A DNA stretch of 64,000 nt. Source: Candidatus Omnitrophota bacterium. GTDB lineage: Bacteria > Omnitrophota > Gorgyraeia > JACQQV01. Below, piece by piece: positions 1-11,407 of the stretch. A model generated the notes under the pieces. It did no database searches. It was not told where the DNA came from and was given only the letters and a program-made list of their open reading frames with translations. The stretch is taken from NCBI GenBank assembly GCA_016206785.1, contig JACQQV010000048.1:65889-129888 (forward strand). The letters are read 5' to 3'. Positions within the stretch are counted from its first letter, which is position 1; every line of letters starts with the position of its first letter. Made by a program: the position numbers and the translations under genes.

Positions 1-2
1 TC

Positions 3-248
3 AAGGAAGTCAAAGAACTGGTCGATGAAGGAAAGATCGCCGCCTTTCACCTCGACGGAAAGTATCTCCGTTTTAGGAGGGAAGATCTCGCCTATTTTCA
101 GAGTTCTTCCCCCAGGAGTCAAAGGGAGGAGCCGCTTGAAGTTTACACCTTCCGGGACGGTTTTCATGACTTCTTTTATTTTAACGACTTCTACCTTCTG
201 TCTCTCCTCGTTGTTTTTGCGATTCTCTGGTGGCTCCTCAGAGGATAA
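3..248 (+). CDS. 5'-truncated excisionase-like (HTH_17-type) DNA-binding protein with C-terminal membrane anchor
   Basis: Read by hand, not in ORF track: KEVKELVDEGKIAAFHLDGKYLRFRREDL...FHDFFYFNDFYLLSLLVVFAILWWLLRG, stop TAA 246-248; start lies before the window. Confidence 0.7.
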   Translation, partial: KEVKELVDEGKIAAFHLDGKYLRFRREDLAYFQSSSPRSQREEPLEVYTFRDGFHDFFYFNDFYLLSLLVVFAILWWLLRG

Positions 249-358
249 AATTGTTCTTTTGACAATTGAACAGTTGTTTCATATTTATAGAGGTTCTCCC
301 CTTGTTTTTTCGTTCTCCAGATGGCATACTTGAACAGGTACCCGATAAAGGAGCACGT

Positions 359-889
359 ATGGGGGAGAACAAATTAGAGATTCGATCTCTCACGGGATTC
401 ACCCTCGTTGAGATCATGACGGTTCTTACCATCGTGGGGCTTCTTGCCGCGATGGCGATTCCGAACCTTCTCCGAGCTCGCCTCAATACCAATGAGGTGG
501 CTGCCCAGGCCGCGCTACGCACCCTCTCTTCTGCCATGACCGCCTACCGGACCGTGAACCCCACTTATCCTTCCAACCTTCAGCAACTCGGTCCGACCTC
601 TGGGGGAGGTGAAGCGCTCTCTTACATCGACGATACGCTCGCCCAAGGAGCGAAGTTTGGCTACAATTTCGTGATCGAATCCTCCGATGCCTATACCTAC
701 GTTGTTCGTGCGGCACCACAGACTTCAGGTGTTACAGGGAATCGGGTGTTCACCATGGCGCATGACGGGTCGATCCAGCTGGCACAAACAGATACAACAA
801 ATGCGACGATTGTCGGCAGTCCGGGTGACTCCGAAGGGTTGACCTCAGACCCCCAAGGTCGCATCGGTTCTTCTGTCTCTCCCGAGTGA
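359..889 (+). CDS. Type IV pilin / pseudopilin with prepilin N-terminal cleavage/methylation motif
   Basis: G|FTLVEIMTVLTIVGLLAAMAIPNL class III signal; ATG 359 preceded by AAGGAG (track start 266 is likely too long). Confidence 0.9.
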   Translation: MGENKLEIRSLTGFTLVEIMTVLTIVGLLAAMAIPNLLRARLNTNEVAAQAALRTLSSAMTAYRTVNPTYPSNLQQLGPTSGGGEALSYIDDTLAQGAKFGYNFVIESSDAYTYVVRAAPQTSGVTGNRVFTMAHDGSIQLAQTDTTNATIVGSPGDSEGLTSDPQGRIGSSVSPE

Positions 890-935
890 TGTCCCAACCC
901 GCGCAACAAACGGCCAGCTTTCCTACAAAACCTTC

Positions 936-964
936 TTGATTTTTCCTTAAAAATTTAGTATAAT
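936..964 (+). promoter_or_regulatory. sigma70-type promoter of TPR gene
   Basis: TTGATT-17 bp-TATAAT; AGGAG RBS before ATG 1001. Confidence 0.7.
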
Positions 965-1000
965 ACGAATAAATTCAAGTAATTAGAACAGGAGAGAATC

Positions 1001-3979
1001 ATGTTCAAGCGCAAGGGGCCACTTTTGTTCGTATGCCTCTTCATCCTTGGGGCCATTTCTTCGGCAGAAGCTGCGGTCAAGGATGAAGCGATACGATTCC
1101 GAATCCAGGGGTATCAAATCCAGCACAAGGGGGATCTCGACAAAGCCGCTCAAAAATATAAGCAGGCGATCGAGGTCGATTCGAATTATGCAGCGCCGCA
1201 CAATGATCTCGGCATTATCTATGAAGAAAAGGGGTGGCATGATCAGGCGGAGAAAGAATACCTTGAGGCGCTTAAGATCGACCCCAATTATGTAGATGCC
1301 TATTCGAATCTTGTGATCCTCTACGAGAAGATGCACCAAAAAGAGAAGATGCTGGAAGCCCTCCAGAAAAGAGTTTCGTTGGGAGACCCGGATGATGTCG
1401 GCACTCAAGAGGCCCGCGCCAAACTGGAGTCTTTGGGGATGATTGTAGAAGTAAAGCCACCCGCTCCTATGCTTCCTCCTCCTCCAAAGAAAGTCACTCT
1501 CCGAGAACCTCCCCCCCCCAAAAAGGTTTCCCCTCCCGAGAAAGAAAAGATAAAAGAAAAGAAAATTTCTGCCAGGGAAGTGGTTAAAGCCGAGCCCAAA
1601 GTGGAACCGAAGGTCAAGAAAGTGGAACCGAAGAAAAAAGGAAAAGAAGAGGAACTCTTTGAACGGGAAGTAGACCCGATCGAAGAGGCGACACTTCTCC
1701 GGAACGAAGGGCTCAAACGCCAACTGAGAGGAGATCTGGATAGTTCGCTCCGTTTTTACCGAACCGCGATTAAGGTATATCCCTCCTTTGCAACGGCGTA
1801 TAACGACCTCGGGGTCATTCTCGAAAAGAAAGGATTTCTAGAGGGGGCCGAGGCCAAGTACCTCAAGGCCCTTTCTTTGGATCCGGAGTATAGCCAGGCC
1901 CTCTACAACGTTGCTTTTCTTTATGTGAAGATGGGAAAATCCCAGGATGCGATCGGGTATCTCGAGAAAGTCGTCTTACAGGGAGGCCTTGCGGAGGAGT
2001 GGGTCAAGATTGCCCGTAACCAACTGAGGGTGTTACGGGGGGAGGGAAGGGAGAAAGAGACCCCCCGGAAGGAGGGACGGAAAGACTTAGGACTCTTTGG
2101 GGAGGAAAGGGAGCAGACGGAAGCGGCCCTTCGTCGAAAAATTATGGATGAACTGAAGCATGAAGTCTCTCAGCAGGAAAAACTGATCTCCCTTTTTGAA
2201 CAGGGAAAGGCCGCCTACCGGAAAGGGGAGTATGAAACCGCGCAAGACTTTTTTGAAACAATGCTCCTCATCGATCCCAAGAACCCTCTTGCGAAATCGT
2301 ATTTAGAAAAGACGCTCAAAGCGATTCAAGAGGCCAGACGAAAAGAGGAAGAAGCACGACGCCGCGAGGAAGAACGCACATACCGTTTGGCTCAACAAGC
2401 AAAGTGGAAGAAGGATCTCAAGGCAAAGAAAAAGGAAACCCTTACGCTGAGGCTCACAAGGCTAAAAGAGGAAATCGAGAACAGAAAGGTAGCCAAAGAA
2501 AAGGAGCGGCTCGCCCGCGAAGCGGAAGAAAAGGCATTGGCCGAGAAGAAAAAGACCGAGCAGGAAGCCCTTTATGAAGAAGCGAAAAAATCCTACCGAG
2601 AAGGGGAACTCCAAAAGTCCTTACTCCATTTTGAGACACTCATTACCTCTTCCCCCGACCACCCTTACGCCAAGCGGTACGTGACTAAAATTCATGAGAA
2701 ACTCAAGGAACAGGAAGAAGAGTTAAAGATCAAAAAAGAACAAGAAAATGCCAAGGCGGAAGCGGCAAGACAGGCTGAGCTCATGCGGAAGCAGAAAGTG
2801 GCGGCCCACTTGGGCGAAGGGGAGAGGTTCCTTAAAAAGAAGAACTTTAAAAATGCCGTTTTGGAGTTCAAGGCGGTGATTCATCTTGAGCCAGGGCACG
2901 AGAAAGCAGAGCGGCTCCTGAGAAAGGCTGAAGAGGGTTTCGAAAAAGAGCATCAAAAGAAGCTCTTCGCCAAAGAAAAGAAGAAGGAGGATCTCCTTCG
3001 CGCCTCGGACGAGAGACTGAAAAGACGTGCTCAAGATTATTATGAAGAAGGTCTCCGTGTCGGGCGGAGAGGAGAAACCGCCAAAGCGATCTACGCATAC
3101 GAAAAAGCGCTCCGTCTCAATCCTTCCCATGACAAAGCGAGAAAACAGCTTACCTCTTTAAGAGAAAGAGAGACGGAGGAAGAAGAGAAAAGTTGGCGCG
3201 TCGAGGAGGCCAGAAAGACACCTCAGAAACCTATCGAGAGCTCTCCCATAGAGGCTGAAACATCGAGACTTTACCGTCGCGCGAAGGCGGCGTATGATGA
3301 GGGTAATTATGAACTCTCCCGTCAGACACTCCAGTATCTTTTGACTCTTAATCCGGAACACCCTTTTGCCCAAGGAGATCTTGAAGAAGTAGAGGAAATG
3401 ATCAGGGAAAAGCGGCACAAAGAGGCACTCGCCAAAGCCTCTCTGAAGAAGGAAGCCGAGAGAGTCATCGAACCTCCCGCTGCCACAGAGGAAGAAACAT
3501 TTTTCCGGGCGGAGCGCGCTCTGCAAGGAACCGAGCCGTTTAAACGCGAGCATCTTCAAGAAGGGTTCGTACGGAGGAGAACCCCAGAAGAGGAAGCCCA
3601 TTTTCTCATGGAACAAAGGGCATTGGACTATCAGCAGAAGGGGTATGAACTTCAGCAGCAACATGACATCGAAGGGGCTATTTCCTATTATCAGAAAGCG
3701 ATGGCGATCCACCCTTCCGCAGGAACGGCAAACAGCCTCGGGATTCTGTATGAGCGAAAGGGCTGGTTTGTCCAGGCAGAGGATTCGTATAAAAAGGCCG
3801 TCTCCTTAGAGCCGGGGTATCTGGCTGCCCATACCAATCTTGCGCTTCTTTATGAGCGGCTGGGTCGAGGAGAAGAAGCGGTCCGGCATTGGAAGGTGCG
3901 CTCAGAGATGGGGGAGGCAGGGGATCTCTGGACTCAGAAGGCACGGACCCACTTGGAGTCGGCTCGGATGGAGCGATGA
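1001..3979 (+). CDS. Large secreted TPR/coiled-coil protein (992 aa)
   Basis: Signal peptide ending AEA; many TPR motifs; Pro/Lys-rich linker; Glu/Lys coiled coils. Confidence 0.85.
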   Translation: MFKRKGPLLFVCLFILGAISSAEAAVKDEAIRFRIQGYQIQHKGDLDKAAQKYKQAIEVDSNYAAPHNDLGIIYEEKGWHDQAEKEYLEALKIDPNYVDAYSNLVILYEKMHQKEKMLEALQKRVSLGDPDDVGTQEARAKLESLGMIVEVKPPAPMLPPPPKKVTLREPPPPKKVSPPEKEKIKEKKISAREVVKAEPKVEPKVKKVEPKKKGKEEELFEREVDPIEEATLLRNEGLKRQLRGDLDSSLRFYRTAIKVYPSFATAYNDLGVILEKKGFLEGAEAKYLKALSLDPEYSQALYNVAFLYVKMGKSQDAIGYLEKVVLQGGLAEEWVKIARNQLRVLRGEGREKETPRKEGRKDLGLFGEEREQTEAALRRKIMDELKHEVSQQEKLISLFEQGKAAYRKGEYETAQDFFETMLLIDPKNPLAKSYLEKTLKAIQEARRKEEEARRREEERTYRLAQQAKWKKDLKAKKKETLTLRLTRLKEEIENRKVAKEKERLAREAEEKALAEKKKTEQEALYEEAKKSYREGELQKSLLHFETLITSSPDHPYAKRYVTKIHEKLKEQEEELKIKKEQENAKAEAARQAELMRKQKVAAHLGEGERFLKKKNFKNAVLEFKAVIHLEPGHEKAERLLRKAEEGFEKEHQKKLFAKEKKKEDLLRASDERLKRRAQDYYEEGLRVGRRGETAKAIYAYEKALRLNPSHDKARKQLTSLRERETEEEEKSWRVEEARKTPQKPIESSPIEAETSRLYRRAKAAYDEGNYELSRQTLQYLLTLNPEHPFAQGDLEEVEEMIREKRHKEALAKASLKKEAERVIEPPAATEEETFFRAERALQGTEPFKREHLQEGFVRRRTPEEEAHFLMEQRALDYQQKGYELQQQHDIEGAISYYQKAMAIHPSAGTANSLGILYERKGWFVQAEDSYKKAVSLEPGYLAAHTNLALLYERLGRGEEAVRHWKVRSEMGEAGDLWTQKARTHLESARMER

Positions 3980-4003
3980 TCCTCCCGACGGGGTAAAAAG
4001 TCC

Positions 4004-4032
4004 TTGACAAAGAAGATCCTTTCCCTTATACT
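4004..4032 (+). promoter_or_regulatory. sigma70 promoter of polA superoperon
   Basis: TTGACA-17 bp-TATACT. Confidence 0.8.
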
Positions 4033-4128
4033 GAACACACTTCAAACCATTACCCAATACATTACCAAAAAACGTCAGGTCCCACGCTCTTAACATTCAT
4101 GCACTAACCTACTCACGCTCAATCCCAG

Positions 4129-6783
4129 ATGAAAAAAGAGAGGGCATTCCTTATCGACGGTAACTCTTTCTGTTACCGCGCCTTTTATGCCATCCGATCC
4201 CTTTCCACCAGTACCGGAAGACCGACCAATGCCATCTACGGCTTTATCAGTATGCTCCAGAAGTTGGTCGCCGAGGAGACGCCTGAGTATCTGGCCGCTT
4301 CCTTTGACCTGAAGGGGGAGACCTTCCGGAAGAAGCGGTATGAGGCGTACAAGATCCATCGCAAGCCGATGCCGGAGGAACTGGTGGAGCAAATCCCGAC
4401 GATCAAGACCCTCTTGGGTCTTTACCGGATCCCGATTTTCGAAAAAGAAGGGTACGAAGCGGATGACCTTTTGGCGACCGTTTCCAAAAAGCTTTCCGAG
4501 GAGGGTCTTACGGTCTACATCGTGACCGGTGACAAAGACATCCTCCAATTGGTGAGCGACGATATCTTTGTCTACAACACCCATCAAGAGGGGCTCATTT
4601 ACGATGAGAAGAAGGTGAAGGAGCGTTACGGCGTTCAGCCGGAAAGGATGGTCGACCTCATCGGCCTGTGTGGAGACCAGAGTGACAATATCCCGGGGGT
4701 GCCGGGGATTGGCGAAAAAACGGCTGTTGAACTTCTTCAGAAATTTGGAACGCTGGAGAAGGTTCTTTCAAGCGCCGATCGTATGGACAACGCTACCCGT
4801 CGGAAGAATCTTAAGGAGTATGCATCGCAGGCGAGACTTTCGAAGGAACTGGCAAAGGTGGACCGGGACGTTCCGGTTGAATTTTCGCTGGAAACACTCC
4901 GTCTTCAGTCGCCGGATCGGGAAGGACTGTATGCCCTGTTTAAGGAACTTGAATTTCGATCCCTCGTTTCACAATTCGCGCCCCGGCAGGAGGCGAACGT
5001 CCACTACAGGCTGATTCAAACAGAAGAGGCATTTGAACATTTTCAGAGGAAACTCACCGGCGTGAAACGCTTTGCCTTTGATTTTGAGACAACCTCAGAA
5101 GATGCCTTCATTGCAGAACCGGTCGGAGTCTCCTTTTCATGGGCGGTCGGGGAGGCCTTTTACCTCTCTTTTGGCAAAAGGGGCCTTGAGGCCTCCAAAG
5201 TCCTCAAAAGGTTGCAGGGTCTTTTTGAAGACACCTCCGTTGAGAAGGTCGGCCAGAATATCAAATACGAAATGATTCTTCTTGCAAGAAATGGAATCCA
5301 CCTTCAAGGCGTTTTCTTCGATACGATGATCGCTTCTTATCTTTTGAATCCTTCCAAACCGAATCACAATCTGGGGGAGATCGCCCTGGAATACCTCGAT
5401 CTCAAAAAGACCCCCATTACAGAACTGATCGGCAAGGGGGTCTCTCAAAAATCAATGGCAGAGGTTCCGCTGACGCAACTGGTTCAGTATGCCTGCGAAG
5501 ACAGCGACGTCACCTTTCGCTTAAGCCGCCTTTTGGAAAAGAAGCTTCGTGAAAAGGATCTGGAAGGACTTTTCGAGAAGGTGGAACTCCCCCTCGTGGA
5601 CGTCCTCGCCTCGATGGAGCAGGCCGGCATCTCCATCGATGCACCGTATCTGAAGAGTCTTTCGGAGGAGATGGGAAAGAAACTGAAGAAACTCACCCAA
5701 CAGATCCATGGCATGGCCGACTGCGAATTTAACCTGAATAGTCCCAAGCAACTTCGGGAGATTCTCTTCAAGAAACTCAAGCTGCCGATTCTTAAGCGGA
5801 CGAAGACCGGGCCCTCCACCGACGCTTGGGTTTTGGAAAACCTTGCCCCGATTCATCCCCTTCCCCAAACGATGGTCCAATACCGTGAGCTTTCCAAATT
5901 GAAATCGACCTACGTCGACACCCTTCCGGAACTTGTCAACCCAAAGACCCACAAGGTCCATACTTCTTTCAACCAGACCGTGACCGCAACCGGCCGACTT
6001 TCCTCGAGCGACCCCAATCTCCAGAATATCCCGATCCGCACCGAAGAGGGGAAGAGAATCCGGAAGGCCTTTGTCCCTCGTCAAAAGGGATGGATCCTCG
6101 TCTCTTTTGATTATTCTCAGATTGAGCTACGGGTCCTCACCCATCTTTCAAAGGATGAGACGCTTCGAGAGGCGTTTCGAAAGGGGGAAGACATTCATCG
6201 CCTCACCGCCAGCCTCATCTATGGGGTCGAGGAAGACGAGGTGGATGAGGCGATGCGGGATACCGCCAAAACGGTCAATTTCGGAATTATCTACGGGATG
6301 AGTGCATTCGGTCTTTCCCGGGACCTCGGCATTGATGTCACTCAGGCGAGGGCCTTTATCGATGCTTATTTTGAGCGGTATCCCAAGGTAAAAAGTTATA
6401 TCGAACGTCAGATTGAGACGGCGAAGGCAGTCGGATATGTTTCCACCCTTTTTAATCGTCGGAGGACTCTTTCTGAAATCAGAAGCAAAAACTTAAGCGA
6501 GCGTCAGTTTGGGGAACGGATTGCTGTGAATGCTCCGATTCAGGGAACGGCAAGCGATCTCATCAAAATCGCGATGATCGCGATTCACAGGGAACTCAAG
6601 AAACAGGGCGCCAAAACCCAGATGGTGGTCCAGGTGCACGATGAGCTCCTCTTTGATATGCCGGAAGAAGAGGATAAAGAGTTTACGCCAATGATCGTGG
6701 AGAAGATGGAGCAGGTTACTAAACTTTCTGTACCGATCAAGGTCACCGTCAAGCGAGGTAAAAATTGGCTCGAGATGACATAA
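4129..6783 (+). CDS. polA: DNA polymerase I
   Basis: 5'-3' exo domain (LIDGNS, YEADD, DNIPGVPGIGEKTA), 3'-5' exo (FDFET, YACED), polymerase motifs DYSQIELR, KTVNFGIIYG, QVHDEL. Confidence 0.98.
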   Translation: MKKERAFLIDGNSFCYRAFYAIRSLSTSTGRPTNAIYGFISMLQKLVAEETPEYLAASFDLKGETFRKKRYEAYKIHRKPMPEELVEQIPTIKTLLGLYRIPIFEKEGYEADDLLATVSKKLSEEGLTVYIVTGDKDILQLVSDDIFVYNTHQEGLIYDEKKVKERYGVQPERMVDLIGLCGDQSDNIPGVPGIGEKTAVELLQKFGTLEKVLSSADRMDNATRRKNLKEYASQARLSKELAKVDRDVPVEFSLETLRLQSPDREGLYALFKELEFRSLVSQFAPRQEANVHYRLIQTEEAFEHFQRKLTGVKRFAFDFETTSEDAFIAEPVGVSFSWAVGEAFYLSFGKRGLEASKVLKRLQGLFEDTSVEKVGQNIKYEMILLARNGIHLQGVFFDTMIASYLLNPSKPNHNLGEIALEYLDLKKTPITELIGKGVSQKSMAEVPLTQLVQYACEDSDVTFRLSRLLEKKLREKDLEGLFEKVELPLVDVLASMEQAGISIDAPYLKSLSEEMGKKLKKLTQQIHGMADCEFNLNSPKQLREILFKKLKLPILKRTKTGPSTDAWVLENLAPIHPLPQTMVQYRELSKLKSTYVDTLPELVNPKTHKVHTSFNQTVTATGRLSSSDPNLQNIPIRTEEGKRIRKAFVPRQKGWILVSFDYSQIELRVLTHLSKDETLREAFRKGEDIHRLTASLIYGVEEDEVDEAMRDTAKTVNFGIIYGMSAFGLSRDLGIDVTQARAFIDAYFERYPKVKSYIERQIETAKAVGYVSTLFNRRRTLSEIRSKNLSERQFGERIAVNAPIQGTASDLIKIAMIAIHRELKKQGAKTQMVVQVHDELLFDMPEEEDKEFTPMIVEKMEQVTKLSVPIKVTVKRGKNWLEMT

Positions 6784-8153
6784 CGGTATTGTTTTTATCC
6801 AGTGAGGTAGACCCTTTCGCCAAAACGGGTGGACTGGCGGATGTTTCTGGAAGCCTCCCCCTTGCCTTGGAAGGGAAGGGGGTTCAGATGCATCTTGCGA
6901 TGCCGAAGTACCGCCCCCTCCTTTCGAGTGGCAATGAAGCAAGAATCGGGAAAGGCATCAAGGTCTATTTTGTTGAAAATCATGGTTACTACAACCGACC
7001 CGGACTCTACGGAGAGAAAGGAAAGGATTATCCGGATAACCTCGAGCGGTTTTCTTTTTTTTGCAGAAGGAGCCTTGAACTTCTCAAAGAAAAGGGTCTT
7101 CGCGTCGATCTCATTCACTGTAACGACTGGCAGACAGCCCTTGTGCCGGTGTATCTCAAGAGCCTTTTCCGGGACGACCCCGTTTTAAAGGGAATCAAGA
7201 CACTCTTTACAATCCACAATTTAGGATATCAAGGGGTCTTTCCTCAGGAAGCATTTGAAAAAACAGGCCTTGACCGTTCCTATTTTCAGATAGAGGGTCT
7301 TGAATTTTATGGAAAGGTGAATGTGCTCAAGGGGGGGCTCCTTTTTGCCGATCTTCTCACCACCGTAAGCCCCACCTATAGTCGGGAGATCCAAACCCCT
7401 GAATTCGGATATGGTCTCGAGGGGGTTCTTTCCAAAAGGGAAGAGGATCTTTTTGGCATCACCAACGGGATCAATGAAGATCTTTATGATCCGGCGACCG
7501 ATGAAAAAATAAAAAAGAACTATACCTCCGAGACTCCCGAAGGCAAGGCTGAGAATAAGAAGGATTTACAAAGCCTTTGCGGTTTGGCGGTCAAGAAGGA
7601 GATGCCGCTCATCGGCTTGATCAGCCGTCTTGCGGACCAGAAGGGATTCGACCTCTTTGTCCCGGCTGCGGAGAGTCTCTTAAAAAGCGGCTTTCAGATC
7701 GTGATTCTCGGGACAGGAGATGAGAAATACGAAACGCTCTTGCGCAAACTGGGCCAAGCGCATCCAGAAAGTCTTTCGGTTCACCTCACGTTCAATCCTG
7801 TTCTCGCCCAAAAAATTTATGCAGGGAGCGATTTTTTCCTGATGCCCTCCCGTTACGAACCGTGCGGGTTGGGGCAGATGATTTCCCTCCGGTACGGGAC
7901 GATTCCAATCGTGCGCAGGACCGGAGGACTTGCGGATACGATCCAAGATGCGGATGCGCCGGGCGGGAACGGATTTGTCTTCTCTGAATACCGACCGGAG
8001 GATCTTCTTGGGTGCGCGTTGCGGGCTCGAAAGGCCTACAAAGACAAAAAAAGGTGGGGTACTCTGGTTCGTGGGGCCATGACTTCTGATTTTTCCTGGG
8101 ACGCTTCCGCGGGGAAGTATCTCGATCTGTACCGCCGGGTATTGGCGCGATGA
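6765..8153 (+). CDS. glgA: Glycogen synthase
   Basis: KTGGLADV, HCNDWQT, TIHNLGYQG, PSRYEPCGL, TGGLADT; exact start uncertain. Confidence 0.96.
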   Translation: MARDDITVLFLSSEVDPFAKTGGLADVSGSLPLALEGKGVQMHLAMPKYRPLLSSGNEARIGKGIKVYFVENHGYYNRPGLYGEKGKDYPDNLERFSFFCRRSLELLKEKGLRVDLIHCNDWQTALVPVYLKSLFRDDPVLKGIKTLFTIHNLGYQGVFPQEAFEKTGLDRSYFQIEGLEFYGKVNVLKGGLLFADLLTTVSPTYSREIQTPEFGYGLEGVLSKREEDLFGITNGINEDLYDPATDEKIKKNYTSETPEGKAENKKDLQSLCGLAVKKEMPLIGLISRLADQKGFDLFVPAAESLLKSGFQIVILGTGDEKYETLLRKLGQAHPESLSVHLTFNPVLAQKIYAGSDFFLMPSRYEPCGLGQMISLRYGTIPIVRRTGGLADTIQDADAPGGNGFVFSEYRPEDLLGCALRARKAYKDKKRWGTLVRGAMTSDFSWDASAGKYLDLYRRVLAR

Positions 8154-8779
8154 CGACAGTGGCTGTGACCGGTTCGGTCGGGACAGGGAAGTCAACCGTC
8201 TCGAGGATGTTTGAGCGCCTCGGCGCCCAAAGGATCAATGCGGACGCCTTGGCCCGCGAGGCGATCGAGAAGGATAGGCCTCCTTATCGCAGGGTGGTTC
8301 GGTACTTCGGAAAGACGATTCTCCGGAAAGGTGGGTCGATTGACCGTGGACATCTTGCACAGATTGTTTTCAAAAACGAAAAAAAATTAAAAGTCTTGAA
8401 CTGTTTGGTTCATCCTTACGTCCTTCGACGGATGAAGGAGGAGATCCGACGCATCAGACGGAAAAAGCGGGGGGCTTACATCGTGGTAGAAGTTCCCCTG
8501 CTTCACGAAAAACGTTTAGAAAAAATGTTTGACCAAGTACTTACCGTTTCATGCCGAAGGCCCATTCAGCGGAAGCGGTGGTTGAAGCGGGGAGGCTCTT
8601 TAAAGGAGCTTCGTGGAAGACTGGCGGCACAACTTCCGCTTTCCTATAAGGGAAGTCACTCGGACTTCATCATCGATAATAACGGAAGCGTTCGAGAAAC
8701 CAAAGCACAGGTGGTTGCCTTTTGGAAGACCCTGGCCCCTCCATCGCGACGGCCAGGACGGGCGAGCCGCCTCGATTAA
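8150..8779 (+). CDS. coaE: Dephospho-CoA kinase
   Basis: [13 protein letters not shown]-loop, [12 protein letters not shown]. Confidence 0.93.
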   Translation: MTTVAVTGSVGTGKSTVSRMFERLGAQRINADALAREAIEKDRPPYRRVVRYFGKTILRKGGSIDRGHLAQIVFKNEKKLKVLNCLVHPYVLRRMKEEIRRIRRKKRGAYIVVEVPLLHEKRLEKMFDQVLTVSCRRPIQRKRWLKRGGSLKELRGRLAAQLPLSYKGSHSDFIIDNNGSVRETKAQVVAFWKTLAPPSRRPGRASRLD

Positions 8780-8793
8780 AGAAAGGAACCCAC

Positions 8794-10089
<1,296 letters not shown>

Positions 10090-10103
10090 GTAAGGAGGAT
10101 CCC

Positions 10104-10316
10104 TTGAAAGACAAAATTCATCCTGTGTATCAGGAGACAACCATCACCTGCGCCTGTGGGGAGGTGATTCACACCCGCTCCACCCGGAAGAATATCCGTG
10201 TGGAAATTTGCAGCCGTTGCCATCCCTTCTTTACCGGCAAGCAGAAATTTATCGATACGGCGGGACGCGTCGAGAAATTCATGAGGAAATATAAAAAGGA
10301 AAAGAAAGAGTCGTGA
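10104..10316 (+). CDS. rpmE: 50S ribosomal protein L31 (zinc-binding type)
   Basis: IHPVY, CACG...[16 protein letters not shown]; AAGGAGG RBS. Confidence 0.97.
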   Translation: MKDKIHPVYQETTITCACGEVIHTRSTRKNIRVEICSRCHPFFTGKQKFIDTAGRVEKFMRKYKKEKKES

Positions 10317-11407
10317 AAGGACTCAAAGGCCTTGAGGAGAAATTAAGTCGGTACGAAACACTCGAGCGGCTCTTGGCTCAGCCCGACGTCATCGCCGATA
10401 GGGTAAAGTACCAAAAGACGGCACGGGAGCTTGCGACCTTAAGTCCTCTTGTCAAAAAGGTGCGGGAATACCAAAAACTCCTAAGGCAGATCGCGCAAAC
10501 CAGAGAATTTTCCTCGAAACAGAGCGACCCGGAGATGAAAACGCTTGCGGATGAGGAACTAAAAACCCTCGAAGCCCAACGGGCATCCTTGGAAGCATCT
10601 CTTGAAGAGTCCCTCATTGGGGAGGACCCGAGTGGTCATCGAAATGTCATTGTGGAGATCCGCTCCGGTACAGGAGGAGCGGAAGCAAGCCTTTTCGTCG
10701 CTGATATTTTCAGGATGTATCACAAGTATGCCGCCCACCGCGATTGGAAGGTGGAGGTCGTGGACAGTCACCCGACCGAAACAGGGGGATTTAAAGAAAT
10801 CATTTTTTCTGTAGAAGGAGAAGAGGTTTATCAGCGTCTTAAATTTGAAGGGGGAGTCCATCGGGTGCAACGGGTTCCCACAACCGAGGCCTCGGGTCGC
10901 ATTCATACCTCTGCCATCACCGTCGCGATACTCCCGCAAGCCGAGGAAGTGGAGGTGGACCTTAAGCCTTCGGATCTGAGGGTGGATGTCTATCGGTCCT
11001 CAGGAAAAGGGGGCCAAGGGGTCAACACGACCGATTCCGCAGTAAGAATTACGCATCTTCCAACGGGGATCGTCGTCACCTGTCAGGATGAACGGTCTCA
11101 ACTCAAAAATAAACAGAAAGCGCTCAAGGTCCTGCGAGCCCGCCTGTTACAGAAGAGGAACGATGAAGCGGAGGAGAAGATTAGTCAGGAACGTCGTGCA
11201 ATGGTCGGAACAGGAGACAGGAGTGAAAAGATTCGGACGTATAATTTTCCGGACCGGCGCGTGACCGACCACCGGATCGGCCTCACGGTTCACAATCTCG
11301 AGGAGATTTTGGAAGGGGACCTGGATGGACTCATCGAGCCGCTCCTCAAAGAAGAATGGGAGGCGCGGCTGGATCGCTTTAAAGGAGAAGAGGGAAGTGG
11401 AAGTTAA
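10313..11407 (+). CDS. prfA: Peptide chain release factor 1
   Basis: RF1 PxT motif (RVPTTE), GGQ, RTYNFP. Confidence 0.97.
   Translation: MKGLKGLEEKLSRYETLERLLAQPDVIADRVKYQKTARELATLSPLVKKVREYQKLLRQIAQTREFSSKQSDPEMKTLADEELKTLEAQRASLEASLEESLIGEDPSGHRNVIVEIRSGTGGAEASLFVADIFRMYHKYAAHRDWKVEVVDSHPTETGGFKEIIFSVEGEEVYQRLKFEGGVHRVQRVPTTEASGRIHTSAITVAILPQAEEVEVDLKPSDLRVDVYRSSGKGGQGVNTTDSAVRITHLPTGIVVTCQDERSQLKNKQKALKVLRARLLQKRNDEAEEKISQERRAMVGTGDRSEKIRTYNFPDRRVTDHRIGLTVHNLEEILEGDLDGLIEPLLKEEWEARLDRFKGEEGSGS

Noticed and set aside
322-340. sigma54 promoter for the pilin gene (TGGCA)
   Set aside because: No TTGC at the required -12 spacing; more likely an extended -10 (TG-G-CATACT).
1511-1524. C9 homopolymer as a phase-variation tract (also the G run near 23101)
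   Set aside because: Both encode expected residues (poly-Pro linker; conserved HGGGG of GcvPB) with the frame intact.
10313-11407. Programmed frameshift in the release factor gene
   Set aside because: It is RF1 (PxT motif) in one uninterrupted frame.
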